Source: an uncultured Ignavibacteriota bacterium (GTDB lineage Bacteria > Bacteroidota > Ignavibacteria > UBA10030 > UBA8401). Taken from it: DNA of 32,000 nt. The stretch's first letter is position 1. The number at the start of each line of letters is the position of its first letter. This document shows positions 13,969 through 23,572 of this stretch, in pieces. Below the pieces are notes generated by a model. It made no database searches, was not told the origin of the DNA, and saw nothing but the letters and a program-made list of their open reading frames with translations. The stretch lies in contig CAIOTF010000013.1 of the NCBI GenBank assembly GCA_903861125.1, forward strand, positions 92,407 to 124,406, in the 5' to 3' direction. Both the position numbers and the translations under genes were made by a program.

Positions 13969-14009
13969 ATATTGTTTAACTCGATGAGTAACCTACAATA
14001 AGGATAGAT

Positions 14010-17000
14010 ATGTCAGATTATGTTTTTAGGGCGCGTAAGCCAATTCTACAGTCCGAGTTCACAATTTTTAGCGTATTTGCTAAAAGCAATGAGATCATCT
14101 GTTGGTTCCATAAACAAGGGTTTCAACTTTCTCATTTTGCGGATAATCGCTTAGCGTCTAATCCGGCAATGAAGCAATTGATAGGTGTTATTGTCGAAAA
14201 GGTCTTTCCTGCTTCACTCGGGGCGAAGATAAAAGAGCTGATTGTCGATTCCCATAAAAAGGGAGCGGCCGAAAAGCTTATTGTTGAACTTGAACTTGAT
14301 GGAACGCTTGCAATCTTTGAACTGAGGGCGATCTCTGACCGTACTTCGGATCTCGTGATGCTGATTATTACAAACATTACCGAATCGTATCATTCCCAAA
14401 CGACCATTCAGTTCCAGAAGAATTTGCATGAGCTCATATCGCAGATATCAAAAGCCCTTATTCTTGTAACGGCGGGTGATCTGGACAAGCAGATACATTC
14501 AGCGCTTGCTCAGATAGGTTCTTTGATGCAGGTTGACCGATCGTATGTGTTCCAATTGAAGCAAAATAAAAGCGTTATGGACAACACGCACGAATGGTGT
14601 AATAAAGGGGTCGATCCGCAAATTGAGAACCTTAGGGATATTCCTGCCGAGATATTCCCCTGGTGGATGGAAAAACTGAATAGGTTCGAAAATATTTCGA
14701 TACCGAATGTTTCGGAACTTCCACGTGAGGCAAAAGCAGAACGGGAAATATTGGAAGCACAGAGCATCCAATCGGTTGCCGTGGTTCCGCTTGTCTATTC
14801 TTCCGAATTGACCGGTTTCATCGGCTTTGATGCCGTCAGTCATCCAAGGTCATTCCCAAAAGAAACAATGGATCTTCTGCGTCTGCTGGGTGACTCCATT
14901 GTGAATGCCATGGAAAGAATTAAAAATGACACGCTAGTCGCTACAAACGAGCAATTGTTCCATAATGTTGTGGACAATGTTCCTGCACTTGTGTGGATGA
15001 CAGACAGCGATCAGCATTTTACTTTCTTTAACAAAGGGTGGCTCGATTTTACCGGACGACCGTTCGAACAGGATTGCCGGGAAGGCTGGTTTCAGTATAT
15101 CCATCCAAATGAGAGGGAGGATTTCATTTCTGCGTTCCGGAATGCATTCCGAGACCGCAAATTATTTACGATGCAGTTTAGGTTTTTACGCAACGACGAT
15201 ATGTACCGCTGGATTCTGATCAATGCGCTTCCGAATATGACCCGCACCGGGGAATTTGTCGGTTTTATAGGTTCATGTACCGATATCACCGTGCAGAAGG
15301 AGAATGAATACAAATATCGATTAATGTCCAAACGAATTGATATTTCAAACTCTTTGTCCGAAACCCACGACCATTTTAACACTGCGGCAAATTTATTGCA
15401 GCATTACCTTGAATTGACGCTGAACCTGTTTAGTTTCGACGGCGGCGGTATTTATCTTGTGGATGCTGAACGTGTTAAAGCGGATTTGGTTACATCGCTG
15501 AATTTACCTTCTGATTTTATCAGTCAGGTGGGTTCATTGCCGGTGGATATTGAACCGTACAAAAGTGTATTGATGAAGGGGAAACCGAATTATTTTGAAG
15601 ATGTGCCGGGAAAAAAATATGGTTTTAACTCGCTTGCATCAATTCCCTTCTATGTGGGGAAAAGCATCGGCGGTTGCATTAACATTGCAACGCAGCGAAC
15701 GCATCCGTTTGCGGATGACGATAAGAAAGTATTATTATCAATAGCAGAGGATATCGGGAAAGCGATTTATGCGCAAAAAATTGAAGAAACACTGCGGCAA
15801 AACAAGAAGAATGTTGATACGCTCTTTAATACTATCAACGACTTTTTATTTGTTCTGGATGAAAAAGGGTTTATTCTTGAGGTGAACAATGTTGTTCTGC
15901 GCCGCCTGGGATATTCTTTAGAAGAATTGCGCGCAATGCATGTAATCCAACTGCACGTTCCTGAACGAAGGGACGAAGCACAGCGGATCGTCGGAGAAAT
16001 GCTGGCCGGAACGACCGAATATTGTCCGGTGCCACTGATCGCAAAAGATGGAACGAGGATCGATGTTGAAACAAATATTGTATTGGGAAAGTGGAATAAT
16101 CAAAATGTAATTTTCGGTGTTACGCGCGATATCAGCGAACGGAAACGAACAGAAAAACGGCTGTATCAAACGGAAGAACGCAACCGCGCTCTTCTTGAAT
16201 CTTCGCCGGATGCCATCGCCTTTTTTGATAAGGACGAGGTCATTGCGTTTACCAATCAGGAATGCGTGCTTCTGCTTGGATATTCATCGAGCGAAGAAAT
16301 GCTGCAGATGAAGGCAGCCGATCTTTTCTCCGCCAATGACATCGAAGTATGGAATTCTGTTTTTTCGGAGATATTTGAAAAAAGGCATGTTAAAAACATT
16401 AAGACCGATCTTGTGAAGAAGAATGGTGCTATTTTTTCTTCGGAAATATGCTCATCGGCTATCTATGATGTGAACGGTCAACCCGAAGGCGTTATTGTCA
16501 CCATCCGTGATATTACGGACAGGCTGACCGCAGAAGAGCATTTACGGAAAAGTGAAGAAGAGAATAAAGCTATTGTCGATGCAGTACCGGACCTCATGTT
16601 CCGGATCGACCATTCAGGTATTTTTCTGGATTGCAAAGTGCCGAATTTCAGCGATCTGTATGTTCCCCCGGAAATGTTTTTAGGGAAAAACATCAAAGAA
16701 GTTCTTCCGCCTGATATATCTCAACAAGCCATGCGGGCAATGGAAAATTCATTCCGGTCAAAAGAAATGGAGCAGTTTGAATATTCATTGCCGATCGACG
16801 GGAAAACCCGATATTTTGAAGACAGGATTGTTGCGCTTTCCAATAATGAGGCTCTTTCTATTGTCAGAGACATCACCAATAGGAAAGTAGCAGAAATAAA
16901 CTTGCACCAAAGTGAACAACGATTGAATTATGCGTTTGTAGTGAGCAGCGACGGCATGTGGGACTGGGATTTGAAAGAAAACACAGTGTTTTATTCTCCG

Positions 17001-19607
17001 CGTTGGAAAAAAATGTTTGGATTTGAAATTGATGAAATCGGTTCAAGTCTGGACGAATGGAAAAACCGTGTTCATCCTTCCGAGGTTGACGCTGCGATTG
17101 AGTCTGTTCAAAAGCATCTCAAAGGAGAAACAGAAATATATTATTCCGAACACCGGGTCTTGTGCAAAGATGGTTCGTATAAATGGATTCTGGACAGAGG
17201 TAAGGTTGTTGAATGGGATCAGGAGGGGAAACCGGTTCGTATGATCGGTACGCATACCGACATTACGCAAAGGGTAGAATCTGATATCCAGATAAAAAGA
17301 ATGTCCATTGCCATAGAACAAAGTTCTGCCTCCATTATTATCACCGATCTGAAAGCGAACATTCAATATGCAAATCCGCACTTTTGCCTTATGTCAGGCT
17401 ATGAAATCGACGAAGTGATCGGAAAAAAAATGAGTATGGTAAAATCGGGATTGACTCCGACGGTTACAGTTCAATCGCTCTGGAACACCATTCTCGACGG
17501 GAAAGTGTGGCAGGGTGAATTAATCAACAAAAAGAAGAACGGCGAGTTGTACAATGAACATGTTATTATTTCGCCGATCAAGAACGCTTCCGGAGCGATC
17601 GAGAACTACATTGCTATCCAGCAGGATATCACCGAACGGAAACGAAACGAAGCGGAATTAGAATGGAATAATACACTACTGCAAATGATGGCCAATTCCT
17701 CCCCGTTAGGATTTTTGGTTGTCGATAACCGTGATGACAGCATTCTGTACTTCAATCACCGCTTCTGCGAGATCTGGGGAATCACGGATCTGGAAGATCG
17801 AATGAAGAAAGATGGGATGAAGAATAACGATATCATTCCGTATTGCATCCCAATCCTGACCGATCCCGTTTCATTCGGTGAATCATGCAAACCACTGCAG
17901 GATCCCGACAACAGTATTGTTTTAGAGGATGAAATTCCGTTCAAAAATAGTGTTACGATACGCCGGTATTCAACACAGATACGCGGAAAACAGGGTCAGT
18001 ATTTCGGCCGCTTCTATATCTTTGAGGATATAACAATCCAGAAAAAAGCCGAACAGATGCTCAAAGATAAGGAACAGCAGACAACGGAAAAATTGAACGT
18101 TGCCGAAGGAAGAATTAAAGATATGTCATTCTTCCTCGACCAGGCGAGTGATGCCATTATTGTGACCGATATGGATGACATCATTCTCTATTCAAACAAC
18201 AGCGTTGAGAATATGTACGGCTGGAATAAAGATGAATTGGCAAATAAAAAATTCTCGGAATATTTCTACGACATTGTCTCCGACAAGAAGAGCGAAATTG
18301 TACGGTCGGTTATTGAAGAACAATGGGAGAATGACTATAAGCATCTGACCAAGGACAAAATAAATATTTGGGTCCATTTGCGTGCTACCGTGATCACCGA
18401 TAGTGCAACAGGTATCAAATCGGTCTTGTATGTGATCACCGATGTAACGAAGAGTCGGCAGATGCAGGAACAGGCTTCTCATAGCCAGCGACTGGAAAGT
18501 ATCGGAACGCTGGCGAGCGGTATAGCGCACGACATGAATAACATCCTTGGGCCGATCCTTATTGCTCTTTCGCATTTCGACAGACTGCTCCCCGATGAAA
18601 AATCGAGGGAAATGAACAATATGTTGAAAGCAAATATCCTCCGGGGATCCGGTCTCATTAAACAGATATTGGGATTTTCAAGGATGTCTCATCACGATGT
18701 TATGGTCGTTCAGATTAAACATATCATTCGCGAGTTGGAACGGCTGATCAAGGAGACATTCCCGAAATCCATCATGTTCGAAATGAATGCATCCAAAGAG
18801 CTGTTCCCGATCGTTGCGAATCCGACCCAAATGCATCAGTTGCTGCTGAATCTTTGCGTGAATGCCAGGGATGCGATGCCTGACGGTGGGAAATTGGAGA
18901 TTCGTGCGGAAAACGTGATCATTGATACGATGACCGCTAAAATGAATATTGATGCGAAGGTTGGTCCCTATTGCCGGATCACCGTATCGGATAACGGCGT
19001 AGGTATTTCCCAAAGCATCATCAGTAAGATTTATGATCCATTCTTTACCACAAAAGAGGTCGGTAAAGGTACGGGACTCGGTCTGTTTAATGTTGCTTCA
19101 ATTATGAAGTCTCATAACGGATTCATCCATTTGGAATCTGAGATCGGAAAAGGAACGTCATTCCAGCTGTATCTTCCTGCATCCACAACGGAAAATATCA
19201 GCAGCGTTATTCAAAACAGCGGTGATTTTCCGAGCGGGTGCGGCGAAACGGTCCTGCTTGTGGACGACGAAGAAGTGATTAGAAATATCACGAAAGCAAC
19301 ATTGGAAGACTATCGCTATAATGTTTTGACGGCATCCAACGGCGCGGAAGCACTGGGTGTTTTTTCCATGAACAAGGAAAAGATCAAGATCGTTATACTG
19401 GATGTTATGATGCCGCATTTGGACGGTCCTTCAACGGTGCGGGCAATACGTTCGATGAGTGCAAATCCGGAAATCATAATGATGAGCGGTATCCATGCAA
19501 ACATCAAAGTGATGGGTGATCTGGGGCTTCCAACGGATAATTTTATTGCGAAACCATTTACGATTGACTCGCTGTTGAAAATAATGCAAAAAACTTTACT
19601 CCGATGA
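14010..19607 (+). CDS. Giant cytoplasmic hybrid sensor histidine kinase (about 9 PAS/PAC, 2 GAF, HisKA, HATPase_c and a C-terminal receiver)
   Basis: There are nine PAC-type endings: IITNITESY, SCTDITVQK, VTRDISERK, TIRDITDRL, IVRDITNRK, THTDITQRV, IQQDITERK, FEDITIQKK and ITDVTKSRQ. GAF-like segments are VDRSYVF...IQSVAVVPL...GFIGFD and FDGGGIYLVD...LASIPFYV...GCINIA. The H-box is LASGIAHDMNNIL (His codon 18528-18530). The N box is LLNLCVNARDAM, and the G boxes are DNGVGI and GKGTGLGL. The REC domain is VLLVDDEE...IVILDVMMPHLDG (Asp codon 19401-19403)...FIAKPF. No TM segment is evident. Confidence 0.9.
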   Translation: MSDYVFRARKPILQSEFTIFSVFAKSNEIICWFHKQGFQLSHFADNRLASNPAMKQLIGVIVEKVFPASLGAKIKELIVDSHKKGAAEKLIVELELDGTLAIFELRAISDRTSDLVMLIITNITESYHSQTTIQFQKNLHELISQISKALILVTAGDLDKQIHSALAQIGSLMQVDRSYVFQLKQNKSVMDNTHEWCNKGVDPQIENLRDIPAEIFPWWMEKLNRFENISIPNVSELPREAKAEREILEAQSIQSVAVVPLVYSSELTGFIGFDAVSHPRSFPKETMDLLRLLGDSIVNAMERIKNDTLVATNEQLFHNVVDNVPALVWMTDSDQHFTFFNKGWLDFTGRPFEQDCREGWFQYIHPNEREDFISAFRNAFRDRKLFTMQFRFLRNDDMYRWILINALPNMTRTGEFVGFIGSCTDITVQKENEYKYRLMSKRIDISNSLSETHDHFNTAANLLQHYLELTLNLFSFDGGGIYLVDAERVKADLVTSLNLPSDFISQVGSLPVDIEPYKSVLMKGKPNYFEDVPGKKYGFNSLASIPFYVGKSIGGCINIATQRTHPFADDDKKVLLSIAEDIGKAIYAQKIEETLRQNKKNVDTLFNTINDFLFVLDEKGFILEVNNVVLRRLGYSLEELRAMHVIQLHVPERRDEAQRIVGEMLAGTTEYCPVPLIAKDGTRIDVETNIVLGKWNNQNVIFGVTRDISERKRTEKRLYQTEERNRALLESSPDAIAFFDKDEVIAFTNQECVLLLGYSSSEEMLQMKAADLFSANDIEVWNSVFSEIFEKRHVKNIKTDLVKKNGAIFSSEICSSAIYDVNGQPEGVIVTIRDITDRLTAEEHLRKSEEENKAIVDAVPDLMFRIDHSGIFLDCKVPNFSDLYVPPEMFLGKNIKEVLPPDISQQAMRAMENSFRSKEMEQFEYSLPIDGKTRYFEDRIVALSNNEALSIVRDITNRKVAEINLHQSEQRLNYAFVVSSDGMWDWDLKENTVFYSPRWKKMFGFEIDEIGSSLDEWKNRVHPSEVDAAIESVQKHLKGETEIYYSEHRVLCKDGSYKWILDRGKVVEWDQEGKPVRMIGTHTDITQRVESDIQIKRMSIAIEQSSASIIITDLKANIQYANPHFCLMSGYEIDEVIGKKMSMVKSGLTPTVTVQSLWNTILDGKVWQGELINKKKNGELYNEHVIISPIKNASGAIENYIAIQQDITERKRNEAELEWNNTLLQMMANSSPLGFLVVDNRDDSILYFNHRFCEIWGITDLEDRMKKDGMKNNDIIPYCIPILTDPVSFGESCKPLQDPDNSIVLEDEIPFKNSVTIRRYSTQIRGKQGQYFGRFYIFEDITIQKKAEQMLKDKEQQTTEKLNVAEGRIKDMSFFLDQASDAIIVTDMDDIILYSNNSVENMYGWNKDELANKKFSEYFYDIVSDKKSEIVRSVIEEQWENDYKHLTKDKINIWVHLRATVITDSATGIKSVLYVITDVTKSRQMQEQASHSQRLESIGTLASGIAHDMNNILGPILIALSHFDRLLPDEKSREMNNMLKANILRGSGLIKQILGFSRMSHHDVMVVQIKHIIRELERLIKETFPKSIMFEMNASKELFPIVANPTQMHQLLLNLCVNARDAMPDGGKLEIRAENVIIDTMTAKMNIDAKVGPYCRITVSDNGVGISQSIISKIYDPFFTTKEVGKGTGLGLFNVASIMKSHNGFIHLESEIGKGTSFQLYLPASTTENISSVIQNSGDFPSGCGETVLLVDDEEVIRNITKATLEDYRYNVLTASNGAEALGVFSMNKEKIKIVILDVMMPHLDGPSTVRAIRSMSANPEIIMMSGIHANIKVMGDLGLPTDNFIAKPFTIDSLLKIMQKTLLR

Positions 19608-22024
19608 TAAAAAAAGAATTATTGGTCGTCGATGATGATGAAGTGGTCTGCAATATCGTTTCTGTTGTGATGGACGATGTATATCAGATCCGGGTTGCTC
19701 ACGACGGCAACAGTGCTATTGCAATGATCGGGGAGCGACCGCCGCATATCATATTATGCGACATCGTGATGGACAAGGGAGACGGTTATACTGTCATAGA
19801 ATTTCTCCGGTCGCGGTACGAGTTCGACGATATACCGATCGTGATGATGACCAGTTTAACGAATAAGGATCTTCAGCGCCGCGGAATGCATCTTGGTGCA
19901 GACGATGTCATTCAAAAACCTTTTTCGGAACAGGAACTGGCCCTGACATTGGCCGCTCGGGTGAAACGCCATGAACTTGAACAGAGACTGCGCAATTCAA
20001 TGGATGAATTGCGCTCTGTCTTTGATACCTTCCCCGATATGTTTTTCCGAATATCGAAAAACGGAGATATCGTAGAACGGTATGCCAATGCGAACGTATT
20101 GGAGAAACTGCAGTCGGTTAATTATAACGACCGCAACATTTATTCTTTCATACCGCACCCGGTTCATGAAACGATGCAGCATTCCATAGAACAGGTACTG
20201 ATCAGCAGAGTGGTGCACAGCATTGAGTTTGATGTCGTATTAGACGATTTCAAACAGTACTATGAAGCACGGTTCATGCCCTTCCGTATTAAGAACGAGG
20301 TTTTGTGTGTGATTCGGGAAATTACGGAAAAGAAGAGGCAGGAAGATGCATTAGTGCTTTCAGAAAAAAAATTCTCAACAGTATTCTTTTCCAGTCCTTC
20401 AATGATGTGCATCTATGACTGGGATCATGAATTGTGCATTGATGTCAATGATTCATTCTGCTCAAACACCGGTTTTTTACCGGCAGAACTGATAGGACTG
20501 CCGTTGGTTACCTCAAATATATTTCCGCTTCAATTGTTCGAAGAGATACGGAACCACAGGCAGAATGAGGAAAAAACTATTGTTACGCAGGAAATCGAGT
20601 ATGTAACGAAGAATCAAGAAGTGAGATATGGTTTGCTGCAATATGAAACCATTACGATCCGGGAGATGCTCTGCATTATCTTTTTCATCCGGGACATTAC
20701 CCAGGAGAAAGAGAGCGAAAAGATCCTGCTTGAACGGCACGATATTTTTAAGCAGATGACCGATGCAATTGACGACATCGTATGGATCCATGACGCAGAG
20801 GGAAGGGTGATCTATTATAAACCTTCGTCAAAATATTCCCTGCTGGCTCAGGACAGCTTGGGAAAAAAACCATCGGAATTGGGCGTAAAGGATATTTTTT
20901 CGAAGAATATTCTGAGAGTGATCACGGAAAATAAGAGCATCATTTCGGCTGAAACGGTCGAGATCGAGAATGAGAATGTCGACTTTACCATGCGGTGGAA
21001 TCCGATCTGCGGAGTTGGCAATAAAGTGATCGCTGTATCTGTTTTTGCAAAAATTTCGTCTCTGAAAGGTCTGCTGGAATCGAATGACATAAAGTCGAAC
21101 GATCTGTTCCGAAAGATATTTTTAAAGCTGAGGATGTTCCGGCATGGAGAAAGCCTTTTAATGATCATCAATCGTCTGCTTCTTTTCTCCCGTAATACGG
21201 CGCACTTCACGTCGCTGGCATCGCTGGATGGCGAAACAGCCTCCGACCAGCACGTAGCACGAAGAATTTCTATTGCAATCAACGAGTATCTGATGCGGGT
21301 CTATCCCGAACTGAATACCCTGGCAATGTATGCACAACTGCTGTCGGAACGATCGGTCAAGGAATTGCATGAAAATTCATTCAATAAGCTGACGGAGAAT
21401 GTTCTGAATTTGAACAAGTTTAATTACGATTATATGAGGATGATCGTATCGACGCAGGGCAGACGAAAACGTATTGTTGCAGCATTGAACTACGATTCGA
21501 TCATGGTTTTCAACAATAATTTGAAGGAGTTGAAGGCGGCAATATTAAAATTAAACAAGCATATCCGGAAGACATATTGTTCGGATGTAAACCAAACAGT
21601 GAGTGATGTTCTGAATTCCATTCGGTCCAGCACCGGGGAATATGCAATACAATTTGTACCGAAGAGTCAAAATGCACTGGGTATTATTCAGCGGTCCGAA
21701 CTGTACGAGGTGATCTTGATCATTCTAAAGAATGCGATTGAAGCGATCCAGACTCAAGGCATTACGAATATTGATCCAAGCATTGCTATTGAGACATCGA
21801 GCAATGGAGAATTTACACAAATTAAAATTTCCGACAACGGACCTGGTATAGCGGATCAGCTGCGGAACGAAATTTTTGCTTTAGGAAAATCCTCAAAGAA
21901 TGCCGGAGGCGGTTTCGGACTTTATTATGCGCACAATACCATCAAAGAGTATGGCGGCGAAATATCGTTTGCAAAAAATAACCCGATCGGAACGACATTC
22001 ACCATTAATCTATTAATACCATGA
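19604..22024 (+). CDS. REC-PAS(x2-3) atypical kinase with a GHKL ATPase domain and no canonical H-box
   Basis: Its ATG overlaps the upstream stop (ATGA at 19604-19607). The REC domain is LLVVDDDE...HIILCDIVMDKGDG...LGADDVIQKPFS. PAC endings are VIREITEKKRQE and FIRDITQEKESE. A long helical region follows. The ATPase has N box IILKNAIEA, G1 box SDNGPGI and G2 box GGGFGLYY. Confidence 0.8.
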   Translation: MIKKELLVVDDDEVVCNIVSVVMDDVYQIRVAHDGNSAIAMIGERPPHIILCDIVMDKGDGYTVIEFLRSRYEFDDIPIVMMTSLTNKDLQRRGMHLGADDVIQKPFSEQELALTLAARVKRHELEQRLRNSMDELRSVFDTFPDMFFRISKNGDIVERYANANVLEKLQSVNYNDRNIYSFIPHPVHETMQHSIEQVLISRVVHSIEFDVVLDDFKQYYEARFMPFRIKNEVLCVIREITEKKRQEDALVLSEKKFSTVFFSSPSMMCIYDWDHELCIDVNDSFCSNTGFLPAELIGLPLVTSNIFPLQLFEEIRNHRQNEEKTIVTQEIEYVTKNQEVRYGLLQYETITIREMLCIIFFIRDITQEKESEKILLERHDIFKQMTDAIDDIVWIHDAEGRVIYYKPSSKYSLLAQDSLGKKPSELGVKDIFSKNILRVITENKSIISAETVEIENENVDFTMRWNPICGVGNKVIAVSVFAKISSLKGLLESNDIKSNDLFRKIFLKLRMFRHGESLLMIINRLLLFSRNTAHFTSLASLDGETASDQHVARRISIAINEYLMRVYPELNTLAMYAQLLSERSVKELHENSFNKLTENVLNLNKFNYDYMRMIVSTQGRRKRIVAALNYDSIMVFNNNLKELKAAILKLNKHIRKTYCSDVNQTVSDVLNSIRSSTGEYAIQFVPKSQNALGIIQRSELYEVILIILKNAIEAIQTQGITNIDPSIAIETSSNGEFTQIKISDNGPGIADQLRNEIFALGKSSKNAGGGFGLYYAHNTIKEYGGEISFAKNNPIGTTFTINLLIP

Positions 22025-23400
22025 AAAAAAAGATACTTCTTGTAGACGACAATATTTCTTTCACCAATGATGTAGAATCATTGTTGGAGGGTAGATACTC
22101 CATTGTAAAGGCGCATAATGGTAAGCGTGCTCTCGAGGTGCTGAAGATCGATCATGTTGACGTGATTCTTCTTGATCTTGATCTTCCGGATATTTCAGGA
22201 TTGGAAGTACTGAAGGTCATAAAAAAAGATATTGATAAGTATGTGCCAGTTATTATCGTTACGGACTACGGCGATCTTGCCAATGTGGTTGAGACGATTA
22301 AATACGGTGCGTACGATTTCGTGCAGAAAGATTTTACCGTTGAATATCTTTCGGCAAAAATTACAAAAGCGCTGGAACACAGGGATCTTGAGCTGCATGT
22401 GAATCTTCTGCGGGATACGTTCAAGGATAAGCAGAATGTCTTCATTGCCGAATCGGATAAAATGAAAGCCATCCAGCTAGAGATCAGCAGGCTTGCGAAT
22501 CTACCCTTCGATGTGTTAATCAACGGTGAAACAGGTGTGGGGAAGGACAGAATCGCCTTTGAGATTCACCGCAGAGGACAGCATGCCGATAAACCTTTCA
22601 TTCCGATCTCGCTTCGCAGTTTGAATGAGCAACTGATTGAGTCAGAATTGTTTGGGCATGAAAAGGGAGCCTTCTCCGGTGCGGATTCGATGAAGATCGG
22701 CAAGCTGGAGGCGGCAAACTGCGGAACAATCTACATCCCCGAAGTGTCATCATTGACGGAATCGCTTCAGTTGAAACTGCTGCATTTTATGCAGTATAAA
22801 AGTCTTACTCGCGTCGGACACGATCCGAGAAAACCGGAGATCATTGTCGACATCAGAATTATCATGGCAACGAACGAAGATCTTAAAGACGTTGTTCTGC
22901 GCAGAAAAATGAGGGAAGATTTTTATTACCGCATTTCAGGAGTGATACTGAATGTTCCGCCGCTGCGTCAGCGCAAAATGGATATCATACCGATGGTGCA
23001 GTATTTTCTGCAATTATACTCTGCTCCGAATTCCACGCTGTCGTATGACATACCGCCGGCTCTGAAAACGTATCTTGAGGAATATTCATGGCCCGGTAAT
23101 GTGCGCGAACTGGAAAATTCGGTAAAGAATGCCATGGCGTATACGCATGACAACAAACTGACAAAGGATCTTTTTCCGTTAATGAACAACTCATTCTTCA
23201 ATCAGGTGCGCTCGGACGAACTTGGAGATTCGAAGGAAGATGCATTAACGTCATACAAAGTTGCCGACATGAAATTCAAGAAAAATTATTTCAATAAGCT
23301 GCTGAAAAAAACCGATGGAAATATTTCGAAAGCAGCCGAAGTGGCCGGCATCACCCGGCAGGGCTTGCATAAGATATTGAACAGCATCAAATTGGACTAA
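22021..23400 (+). CDS. Sigma-54-dependent response regulator (NtrC family: REC, AAA+ sigma-54 interaction domain, Fis-type HTH)
   Basis: Its ATG overlaps the upstream stop (ATGA at 22021-22024). The REC domain is ILLVDDN...VILLDLDLPDISG...DFVQKDF. The AAA+ domain has Walker A GETGVGKD, ESELFGHEKGAFSGA (a GAFTGA-loop variant), GTIYIPEV and REDFYYRI. The C-terminal HTH is GNISKAAEVAGITRQGLHKIL. Confidence 0.9.
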   Translation: MKKKILLVDDNISFTNDVESLLEGRYSIVKAHNGKRALEVLKIDHVDVILLDLDLPDISGLEVLKVIKKDIDKYVPVIIVTDYGDLANVVETIKYGAYDFVQKDFTVEYLSAKITKALEHRDLELHVNLLRDTFKDKQNVFIAESDKMKAIQLEISRLANLPFDVLINGETGVGKDRIAFEIHRRGQHADKPFIPISLRSLNEQLIESELFGHEKGAFSGADSMKIGKLEAANCGTIYIPEVSSLTESLQLKLLHFMQYKSLTRVGHDPRKPEIIVDIRIIMATNEDLKDVVLRRKMREDFYYRISGVILNVPPLRQRKMDIIPMVQYFLQLYSAPNSTLSYDIPPALKTYLEEYSWPGNVRELENSVKNAMAYTHDNKLTKDLFPLMNNSFFNQVRSDELGDSKEDALTSYKVADMKFKKNYFNKLLKKTDGNISKAAEVAGITRQGLHKILNSIKLD

Positions 23401-23484
23401 CAGCATAACCAACAAAAGGCGGGGAGATCAAGCATTCTACATTTGAACTCGTTTCTATACAAAGCATTATAATACCATGAAATA

Positions 23485-23515
23485 AAAAATCCTGATGAAC
23501 CGTCAGGATTTTTTA
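23485..23515 (+). terminator. Rho-independent terminator after the sigma-54 activator gene
   Basis: AAAAAATCCTGA-tgaaccg-TCAGGATTTTTT forms a 7-9 bp stem flanked by an A-tract and a T-tract. Confidence 0.75.
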
Positions 23516-23572
23516 TTGAACGGTGTAAAAATATCGTTTCATCATCAGCAAAAAATTCGTACACTGATACTA

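Noticed and set aside
23495-23572. The listed upstream start of the CDF transporter
   Set aside because: ATG 23495 sits in the loop and stem of the terminator hairpin (23485-23515). The family-typical N-terminus begins at ATG 23573.
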